Origin: Psilocybe cubensis
Taxonomy: Eukaryota
Length of the DNA: 64,000 bases
NCBI GenBank assembly: GCA_017499595.2
Contig: CM039002.1
Coordinates: forward strand, 2,976,001-3,040,000
Direction of reading: 5' to 3'
The position numbers and the translations under genes were made by a program. Below, in pieces: positions 53,723 through 64,000 of this stretch. Each line of letters begins with the position of its first letter. The first letter of the stretch is position 1. The notes under the pieces are model-generated. The model did no database searches. It was not told the origin of the DNA and was given only the letters and a program-made list of their open reading frames with translations.

Positions 53723-53822
53723 TTAAGCATAGTGTAGTTGGTTACGTCGAGCTGGTAGGTTGAATGTCGTCGTGAAGTCTGGAGTTCGACTCTGGGTTGT
53801 GCCCTTCTTATACAGATTTTTT
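53723..53822 (+). other. Degenerate tRNA-like / SINE-head Pol III unit
   Basis: A-box-like TAGTGTAGTTGGTTA (53730-53744), B-box-like GAGTTCGACTC (53782-53792) and a T run at 53817-53822; the cloverleaf is imperfect. Confidence 0.45.
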
Positions 53823-54424
53823 GTTACATTATTAGAAATACTGTAATATTTTTCTGCCTTATGCAAAGTAGACTTTTAAGTTATCTTGCAATAAGTAGCA
53901 GTGATAACCTAAGACCTCGTATACTGAGTTGCGCTATAGTGAACAGCACGACCTATGAGCTTGTCGACGTGGATATAAGGACCCAGAATGCGGAAAAGGC
54001 GTGTCGGAAATAAATGGGTCACAACTTACCACGCAATGTTTCCTTCCTTTCCACTTTCTCCAAGTCATTGCTCTGCACAGTGACACGCCAAAGTTGATGC
54101 AGGGTGATGTGTAACATAAGCTATTTTGACGATGTGGGCGGTTGTGGGCGACATATCCTTAGCGCGTTATCCGGGAAAACGCCCTGTGGTGTGTCCGGGA
54201 CGGAATATGGAGGGTGTAGAGCGTGTCAAAAGCATGTTCGCGATAACAATGAGTCACGATATCCTAATCGGGACAGTATTTGGCCCCAATCACACCTGCC
54301 TCCAGCTAACCTTGCGCCAATTGTGTGACTCTCACTGCGTCCTGACCACAACCACCATCATCACAACCATTCACACCCTTCACGCGAGCTCTCACAGGCC
54401 ACATACTCACACTCTTACACAACG

Positions 54425-55180
54425 ATGAGCACCGCAGCAAACTCTTATTACTTCCGTCGCCGCACCATGGGCCGAGCGGCCTCACCTCCGACGTGGGCAT
54501 GCTACGAGCAGATCCATAACGACGACGATTACAGCGACTCTGACTCGGATTCTTGCTCCGAGGATGACGACGACTACAAGGAGAGTGGTGTTCGAGGACA
54601 ACATCATGGGTCGGATTCAGATGAGAACGAGCCTGGGGTAGCTGCGGTAGAGACATCCAGGAACGACGACGATGGACACGACATCGACATGGATATGGAT
54701 GTAGACAGTCCTGAGGGAGCGTCTAAAGACGCCGCGGCAGACAAGCAGAAGAATGCTAAGGGAAAGCAGCGAGCCATTGAGCCCGAACCAGAGTCACCAA
54801 GACGCCAGAGGAAGAAGCGCCAACATGTCTACACTCTCAGGCCAATCTTGACTATTCAGAAGAGTCAAGGCTTCGTATGGAACCAGGTATGCAGATCTCT
54901 TTCATAAGGAAAAGGACATATTGACTCTGGTTTGATGAAATAGGACTTGTTCGTCCCCCCATATATCAAAGATAGATGTCAGTATGCCACTCAGCCTCAC
55001 TCAATTACATGACCCTTATTCTCTTTACCCCTCTCAGACATTGCATCCACGTCTCCTCCAAACTCCAGGGGATTCATCTCCAGCTCTGTTTCGTCGAACA
55101 ACTCGGCCATGACGGATTATGAGGTCGAAGTTGTAGAGATCCGAGTGAAAGAGGGAGACCTGGAGGGGATCATTCCCTGA
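54425..55180 (+). CDS. Acidic hypothetical protein; 3 exons
   Basis: ORF 54425 splices as ...LRPILTIQKSQGFVWNQ|DLFVPPYIKDR|YIASTSPP...YEVEVVEIRVKEGDLEGIIP* with canonical introns. Confidence 0.8.
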
Positions 55181-56151
55181 AGAGTTAGATTTCAAGTTTC
55201 CTGCGTCAACTTTCTGCATCACGATCGCTTGCCATCTCGGGTTTCTTTGCACATTATCCAACCTCAATTTTCTTCCTCTTCTTCTCAAGGCCATCTCTGC
55301 TGCATTTTATCTGGTGATTATTTGGATCCAGCGTACATTTGCTCAGCACTTCTACAACATTCGTGTTATTCATCACTCTTCAGCTATCGTTTCTCGTCCT
55401 TTCATCGTATCAAATCACTCACGACACCATCTTTCATCACGGTTTCTCTGTTGTTGCTCTTTCATGTCCATTTCAACCCCCTCTATAAATAACACACATT
55501 CAACTGTTTCGATACTACAACGTCTTGTTTTCTTGCCTTCCTTTTGTTACATCCATCCATACATCGTTAGTACGTTCGTAGGTGTCTTTTGCACAGAATG
55601 CTCATGTATTAAAGAACTATTCCACATAAATTAATCCCACCTCTGTTTCTCACGCGAATTAAGATCCGTTCCCACAGTAATCATCTGGTCAGCGCAGTAT
55701 TGTAGAGGCAACCTTGTTCCTAAACCTGCATCACAGTCCTCCACCCTCGTTCCGCGGCCTTGAGAGGTTGTGAACTGCATAACATCTCATTTACAAGAAT
55801 AGATTTGCCGGACTGTTGGGTAGAAAGTCCGGCGGACAATGCAGGTTGGGAACTTGATGTTTCTAATATGTGACTACAGGGGGGTCATTCATATGGCGTC
55901 TCGACTAAGTAATCTGTAGGCTACAAAGGATAATGATCGCTCAATATATAATACCCTTCTGTACCAGAATCTTCTGCCAAAATGAGAATTTAATTAATAG
56001 ATGTCGACCAGATTTTTATTCTATCACCAAATCGAATATGAACATAGAAAGGGGACACTTCAACATAACCTATCCTTTATGTTACATTGGTACCTTAATA
56101 ATCCACAGGCAACTGGAAAGTCTACGCATTTTGTTGTTAACGGGATGCCCT

Positions 56152-56380
56152 CACTGCGGGCAATGACTGCTGTAAGTTGAACAAAAAGCCATTGTTTTAC
56201 ATGTTTTATGTAAGTTCAGCTGTAAGTTTAACATACAGCCTACTTACACTCAAATATTCTCCTTTTATGGAAATTATTTGAGTGTAAGTCATGATGTATG
56301 TCGAACTTACAGCTGAACTTACATAAAACATGTAAAACAATAGCTGTTTGTTTAACTTACAGCAGTCGTCGCCCGCAGTG
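56152..56380. mobile_element. Non-autonomous foldback MITE, CACTA/EnSpm(CMC)-like
   Basis: 229-bp near-palindrome with termini CACTGCGGGC...GCCCGCAGTG, flanked on both sides by CCT (3-bp TSD). Confidence 0.88.
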
Positions 56381-57843
56381 CCTCCTGAGTCCTGACCTGG
56401 GGAACAAGAGGGGCAGTGCTAAAAATAGACAGTCCAAATTGATGCGGGGAACTTGGAATTGAAATCAAGGTGCTTAGCGCCTGCTTATCCGTTCTTCCTA
56501 AGGCGCCCAGAATCCACTTAAGATCATCAAACCATTAATAAGCTTTGAATTACCGTTTTCCTGTTCAAAAGAAGGGGGGGTTTGCTGGAGTTTATTTTGG
56601 TCACTTCATTATGCGGTGCAGAACGATTGGCTGTGCTTTACTCTGGCGACGAAAAGCGTTCGAGGGGACAGGAGGGGGTATGCAGATAGAATGTCTGTTG
56701 ATTGAAAATCCGGCAAGCATTGGAATTGAACGGGGCGGTGACCTTGTAAAGTCAATGTGTGCAGTGGGCAAGATCGCGGCCATTTGTCACGACGGCATCC
56801 GTTCTGTGGTCACTCGAGTCTCCTGCTCGATGGTAACATTCCATAGAATTTGCAATTCCCCGAGCAAGAGATGTGAGGAGAGGTTTGTTCTTTTCTAAAT
56901 GCGATGCTATGTTTGTATGTTAGTGTCATAACTGTGGTTTCCTGGATTATGCTTGTGGATGAGCGCTGGCAACGGCAAAGGTCAGCGGACGAGCATTACG
57001 TGCGCCAATAGGCGTTCATTTTTTCAAACTTGCTCCAATAGCAAATCAGGATGGCTCCCTGGTTTGACAGTTTATATAAGTACACAGAGTCTGAGGTAAT
57101 AGATTTGATGTGGGCTGTAATTAAATGCCGGAGTCAACTTTCACTTCCTCAGGCACTGGGGTTCATTTTCGAAGACACCGCAGGGCGTCTCTTGAACAGG
57201 CAACCTGATTGGCCTTGATGTCCCCTGGAAATAAGTAGCGTCAGGGTTGTTGTAATGTACCCGTTTGTCAACAAAGAAGTCATCCTTGCCATCGTCAACC
57301 AATGACTATCACGGCACTTTGTATGTGTGGGAACGAAGGTATTAGTTTACCTTTTAGTAACCTATAGCTGTCCAGAGGCATGTCATAAATCGGGGTGCCG
57401 ACAGCTTCCGGAGAAGGTACGCATTTCAACAGGTCCGTGCCCCAGACGTAAATCAATGTGAACCAGGTGGAGCTCCGACGTTTCGAGTCTTGCTTCGACA
57501 CAGCTGGATGCAATACTTAGCGAATATACAAACGAACCAGTTACCAGCCTGACATAATTCGCTTCAATACTTATTCGCTGGCTTCGTTCTAGCAACGGGC
57601 ATCAACTAGATTGAAAGGTATACTGAATGGAATGTGGTCCTTCCGTCCACCGCCGCCCCTGTCAAACTTGTCAATTCAATGATGGTGAAAATCCAGGTTA
57701 GGTGTGCCGTACATATATTACCTAGCCCACTACATAGGCCGTGGCAGACTACCCATGGAGGGGACAACTCGGTCATCGCTTTTCTCTAGAGGCTATCATC
57801 GCCGACTTCAGCTCAGAGACTCTTCAAAGAAACAGCGTTTGTG

Positions 57844-59148
57844 ATGATCCCAGAGCAGCCATATATGCCTTGGAAGGGTGCGTTGCATTCTTCGTCTTCT
57901 AGTTGATCAAGACAAACGTATCCATGCAAATGCAGTGTCGTTGACCATCCTCCACGCAATTGCTATGCTCTCGACTTGCCTGAGACTCGAACACCGCCGT
58001 CGGACAAGAAAGCTGTGGTGGGATGATTATGCGACTATTCTTCCTTTCCTGTTGGAAGGTTTGAATATATCCATCATATGGCTCCGAATCAGAGATCACC
58101 CGAGTAGTGCGTACATCTGACAAGTTCACATCAACGTTATAGTGGGAATGAAATCATCAAGGCTGATTTTCTTGCGTCTAGCACCGCTGAAATATCGAGT
58201 GTTGATGAGTTACGGAAGTATGACCTGTTTTATCAGCATACTCTGGTAAAGTTCCGCTACAAATTTCTCATTCGGATTCTGCTGATATTATGCGCATATA
58301 ATTCACACAGGTCATCGCGTATAAGCTTGGCTTTTGCGGTTGTTCGAATTACGCCTTCTTGGACGAAAAGTCGGCGCCTGGCCATAGGAATGACAATATC
58401 TTTCTTCCTCTTCTGGGCGGGCCTGTTTTCGACCATGATTCTGACTTGCACAATCCACACTGAGTGGCAACACATCGAAACCGAAATCCCCATCTGTGGA
58501 CCGAGTTTCCATGTAACAATCGGGATAACCGTCTGTGAGTCCAGATTCAGTCAATCCAAATATGGCGAAATCTACTGACGCCTTGCGCTGTGACAAGTCG
58601 ACGTTATGTCGGATTTAGCACTGATCGCCATTCCTTTGAACCTGTTGTGGAACATGAACCACCCGTCTAGTCAACGTCGGATGGTACAAATAGTATTTTC
58701 TGCTAGTGTGTTGACACTCCTTGGATCCCTTACTGTTTGCGTTGCCGGATACGCCCATTTTATGGTTGGTCCGGGGGCACTGGTGGTATGGCTGATGATT
58801 TGTTATATCGAGGTAGGTTGGGTACCAATCCAAGAATAAAACTGCGCCCACTAAATGTCCTGAATATAGACCGGAATTTCAATCATCACCTCCAACCTCT
58901 TGGTTCTTGTGTGTTGGGTTTATCGCCACATTACCAAGGAGCGAGACCAAGCGGACGATAGCGATGCGTATATCACCCCACACTGGTCTAGATATCACCA
59001 TTCGCAGCACCAAGGAGACAATCGACACATAAAGACGGACTTACCCACACCAGTGCCTATTCCCGCCATCCTCGGCAATGTGCATTCCAATATCTCTACT
59101 CTTAGCGAGGAAATTGAAAAGGAACCTAATAATTCAGTTGGAGTATAA
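57844..59148 (+). CDS. Fungal rhodopsin-domain (PTH11-like, no CFEM) membrane protein; multi-exon
   Basis: LRLEHRRRTRKLWWDD, SRISLAFAVVRI, DVMSDLALIAIPLNLLW and VFSASVLT motifs with several hydrophobic helices. Confidence 0.8.
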
Positions 59149-61473
59149 ACATCCAGACGTCTGGTTTAGGTTTATTACTATTTTATTCTTAATGTATTTT
59201 TTGTTCAGAGGACTAGTACAGTGTGGTACTTTTGTTTGATAAATTGGACGGCTAATGGACCTTTGGCAGTATTACAATCATCAATAAAACTTGTTCATGC
59301 AGGTTGACGTTTTGAGAAAATTTCAACAGACTAACAGGAAAGAATCGAGTGTATGCAGCTCTGTTGAGTTCTTTCTGGATGTCAGAAATAGTTTGTATAA
59401 ATCTATGGTTAGACAGGGATAAAACTGTATTGCCGACATAACAGCAGGAGACATAGCCCAATTAAATATCTGTAATTGAGTGAGCCCTGAGGGCACCTCA
59501 TCATTTAGATGACCGGTGAACATGTGTTTTGGGAGCGTAGAAGTGACGCTACTCAATGATGCATCCCCCTCTCCGAATGCGTCATAATCAGGCATACAGC
59601 AAAATTGGATTCATGGTTAACGTATTATTACAAATTTATTCATTCTAGAGAGGGGTGTTTTTATGAATTGTCCGCTTTTTCACTGAAGGGAAGCCAGATA
59701 TAATTAAAAATGATGCGATACTCAATGCCTGTTCATTGCCTCACAATGTAAGAGACTGTCCGTGACTTTTACACCATTTAGAAGCAAAGGGCTAGCATAC
59801 AGGCCTACAGTATATGAGTAGTAGTAGCCAGAGAAACCTTCCAGTATAGATGAGCCGCAAGGTCGCCCCGCTAGGATTAATGATGGTCTCCCACTACCAA
59901 TGCCATTCAATGATTTCAGGATTATCAAGGGAGTTCATCCGAATTCACCCCAAATCATTGTAAATATATACTGCCGCTTAGCCTCGCCGGATCATGATTG
60001 TAGCACCGCACCCATGTCAAGAGTCTGTGATTTTTAGTAGCAAAAGAAGACTACTGGTTCCTTTTGGCGCATTAGAATTAAATTTTTTATCTTTTATTTC
60101 TGATCCACTGACCTACTAAAATGGGCGCTTACTATACCTTGATGATCCTTTATTTTTCAGTATTTTCTGTCAGAAATCAACACAGTTCCACGGTATCAAG
60201 GTTCTCCGAGAGTCCCACCCTAGCTGGAGCTTCACGTGCACTTCGCGGTCGAAATTCCCGCTAAATCGACCACGAGTCCCATTTGAACAAGAAAGTGGCC
60301 TAATCCGGGTTGTGGGTCAATTGCACCCGCTGATAGAAGTCCGATCATGGGAAAATATGTTATAGCTGTGACATTTCTCAGCCACTGCCCCTAGAACTCT
60401 CGTGCTGTCGAAAACCTTGCTGTCTCAATATTCGCTAAGGACCCCACCACTTGGCTATGAGCGGGCGGACACCCGCCAAAGTTGTATCCCGCCATCCATT
60501 ACTCCGACCTTGCTCAGTTCATCCAAATAGCTCCCGCCACGCGTTGCGGCGCAGTCAGACTTCATCACTCGAGTTGAACTTGCGCACAGTGTGCTGTTTC
60601 TACCTTACACATGCTACTTTTGAAAACAATTGGCGACCGACGACTTTCAACTGTCCAGCTTGTCGTTACTGAATTATTTTGACGACACATGGGAGTATGA
60701 GAGAGAGTTATGAAGTCACCGGATCGATGCTGGGCCAATCAACTTGGTCACGGAGGGTCTCAAGTTCCGTTCTTTGTTTCTCAGGTTCTGACTATTTTAA
60801 AAAATGGGTCTGAACCAATCGACATGATCACCATTTCAAGGGATTACAGAAAATATACTTCTTCTGGTAAGTCTGCTCTTACAGAGTAGCCTCTTTCAGA
60901 CAGAAACCTTCGCTGATTCATGCTGATAGTATATTGCCTCCGGAAAAACTAGGCTCGGCCCAATCCCGAGCCCAGGAGCCCACCAATCCGCAGAAATCCG
61001 TTGTCGATTCTACCTTACAAGGAAGGAAACGTTTTGATGCCTCGCCACTCGGTTGATGGAGCTATGGTGGTATAAAAGAAGGTGTAGATTCATTGCTTAT
61101 AGTCAGAGAAACAGCCTCTACACTCGCTGAGCAGTTACATACATTATCCCAGATTTCCATCTTCAGAGGCATCCAACCTTGGGATATACCCTTCAACCCC
61201 CCATCGCTGATACTTTCGACCGTCGCTATCACACAATCACACGATCACCGCATCTTTGCTGACACAGGTTCGCAATCACCTGACAAATGTAAGCCCCCAC
61301 ATCCAACCCTACCCCCCAATTATTGTGGGTCCAGTCCCAGTATAGTTATCTATTTTTTTCTTTCGCATTTCGCCGTTGATAATCCACAATCACTCACGGC
61401 GATCTTTTCTTTTGTTATCTCCCCCTATGCCCATTCCCTTATAATCTTGAAATCCGATGGCGGTGACCTCAAG

Positions 61474-63189
61474 ATGGAGAACTTCACTACTGAATTCCCC
61501 TCCATGGCTTACCACGAGAGAGTTGTTGGATACGCATACGACGAGCTCCCTCGACTCTATTCTCAGGATCCAAACATTTCAGATAGCTTTGATCGTGTCA
61601 AACACGAGCCTGGTATCCCACAATATGATATCAGTTTCGCTATTGGCAATGAACAGTCTGGTGAGTGATTGACTTTGGGCGACACCCTATCGATGTGCTA
61701 TCGCTGACTATTACGGCTCCCCATAGGCACATTTGCTTCATCCGTGAGTACAGCGCTCAGTATGTACTACGACATCACATTGATTACCAGACATTAGTAC
61801 CATATGCTACCATCTACCACTGATCATTATCCGCAACAATACGCTGACGCCCCTCGCGAAGGCTTTGTGAAACAGGAAGAAGACGAATATGAGGACTATC
61901 TGTTCCAAGATGATTATCCCCATGATGAAAACCAACATGTCGACGCCACTAGCGAGCGATCATGGTCCGGAAGCCCTGGTGCTGCAGATAGCGATAACGT
62001 CGAAGACCCTCATTTCGTAACCGATGCCGTATACTCCAGCGTTGGTCTACCATCGCATGCAGAAACCGAAAATTACTTGCGACAGACCTTGGGTATCCCA
62101 TTGCAAGTTCCTGTCACGCTTTATGCGCTCGCTGACGATCCTCGAGGGCCTAACAAGCCTTCAGTGACCACAATGGCAAGACTCGCAATATGGGGAAGCC
62201 CTCATAAGAAGCTGACATTGAACCAAATTTTCGAGGCTGTAGAGCAACGATATCCATCTCTTGGAGCGCTCGTGGACAAGCCCCATAGGGTACGTAAATT
62301 CTTATTTACCTTGTGTCTTTCATATTAAGGACAACTATGTAGCGCTCAATACGCCATAATCTGTCGTTGAAGGGAATATTTCGTCGGGAGAAGCGACCCC
62401 AGCATGCCCCAGGTCAAGGAGACTACTGGTTTCTCGATGTTAGATATGGCGAAGCGAATAAGCGGCGCCGTCATAAAACGGAGAGGAACATCCCCGAGGG
62501 TACTCATGGAACGATTCTTCCTTATCATCCTCCCGAACCCAGCTCCACGCCCTCTCGTCAGGCTCCTTCAAACCTTTTTTTGCATGCACCAGTCCCATAC
62601 CGCAAAAACTATTCGACCCCCAATTTGTTGATGGATCCCCTAAGTAACAGGCACCACTCGCAAGAGATGTTGGAATCTCTTCGTGATTCCGAGATCGACC
62701 CTCATACTCCTCCTGTTAGGCCATCATACGGAAGCACCATCCCATACTCTGAATATGCTCAAGTGCCCGAGCAGCTTCCTCCGTATTATACCCAGGATAG
62801 ATTTATAGCGGCAAGTCAAATTAACGACTTTATAACTCCTCGTGATACTCATATTTGATATATATCCACAGAATGTGAATTACCCTGTAGCAAATGCCAG
62901 TGGACATCAGACTCGGCATACTACGGGATATCTACAACCTGTATATACCACTGAACGAGGGCGAGAGTGGAGTAGTAATTTATATCCTGGTCACCGCTAT
63001 CGTCAGGAGGTCCGATACGCCGCCTACGTCCATAATGTCTCGGGAGTCAGCACCAATGTTCGTGAATCGGCTGGCCGCCGTGGCGCTCCGCGGCGAAGTC
63101 ACTCGGACGAGACGTTTGATCGAGATTTTCACGCTGAACAGAGGGACACTGACAGAACGTATAATCATGCCTCAAAATTCATCAAGTGA
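61474..63189 (+). CDS. Forkhead-domain transcription factor; multi-exon
   Basis: KPSVTTMARLAIWGSPHKKLTLNQIFEAVEQRYP...HR|RSIRHNLSLKGIFRREKRPQHAPGQGDYW. Confidence 0.9.
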
Positions 63190-64000
63190 ACTACGGCTAA
63201 TTCTTTCGCATAATCATTTTAAAGAATACATTGTATGTCAATTGTGCAATCTGTATCTCTCAATGTCTCTTCTGACTAGCCATATTTTGACAGCGCTCAA
63301 TACCCCATTTTTGCTATCGATTCGCCTCCATTTCGTCGACATGGGAGCCCATCCCCTTATCCATATAGTTTGCGCAATACACGACCTCTACGACCCCCCT
63401 ATGACATGTTTTCTTCTTTGTATCTCATTCTTCGAATTTTCACGCGTCTTCGTACCCATTGACAGGCTGACTATCGACAGATTAGTAATTTTCCCGTTCC
63501 ATGTTTGTATCTGATTTACTCATGAATCTTTTGCTCTTCTGTAATAATTAATAACGACCTGCTATGTATAATGTTTTTCAAATATTCATTCTTCGCTCAC
63601 TGTACAACGCCAATTCGATTGCGTTCCTGTTCTCGCTGTGTTCGGTCAATGCCGCTCGTTCTAAATCGGAGATTGAATGACTCGGTGTCCTGGCCGCATG
63701 GCATCATTGATCGATGATCCTCTACAAATCCCTAGGTCACCCACCATTGTTATTCTTATTATCGCCTGTCCGAGGACGTGAGGAGCACAGCGCCGGTGAC
63801 CACGCGGTATACCTAAAACTATTTCAAGAAACCTATATACTTTTAAATGTTCCCGGCCTCTGCTTAAGTGGAAATTGTCTGCTTTTATGTATTCAATCTC
63901 ACCGGAATCGTACTCGAACCTGTGACTGACTATAAAAGAGTACGGGCGCTACGCCTGAGAACAGCGATCCTACCCGTATTGGTAAGTTTTTACCAAGAAT

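Overview
This is intron-rich fungal genomic DNA, most likely from an agaricomycete basidiomycete (short GT-AG introns with CTRAY branch points, DUF6534 and Mug135-like genes). Recognisable protein genes are: a gankyrin/Nas6-like ankyrin protein, a Gti1/Pac2 (WOPR) transcription factor, HSBP1, a Q/H/P-rich protein with a probable WRKY-GCM1/FAR1-type domain, a GH17-like secreted glycosidase, GET4, a 20-exon DUF6534 membrane protein, oxalate decarboxylase, HINT3, UBP8, THG1, PMS1, a Mug135-like coiled-coil repeat protein, a rhodopsin-domain membrane protein and a forkhead factor. Five features stand out that the ORF track does not show. (1) A spliced minus-strand host transcript (~27.1-28.4 kb) carries five intronic box C/D snoRNAs (snR63-, snR78-, snR77-, snR73- and snR62-like). 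(2) An unusually long THG1 intron folds into a ~360-nt multi-branched RNA that includes a tRNA-His-like GUG loop. (3) PMS1 has an in-frame TAA just before its endonuclease motif, while a nearby partial duplicate reads CAA there. (4) A mosaic of gene fragments and a tRNA-like Pol III unit lies at 51.5-53.8 kb. (5) A CACTG-ended foldback MITE has a 3-bp target-site duplication. Gene models were spliced by eye and rRNA/snoRNA assignments come from recalled sequences, so boundaries and names need computational confirmation.
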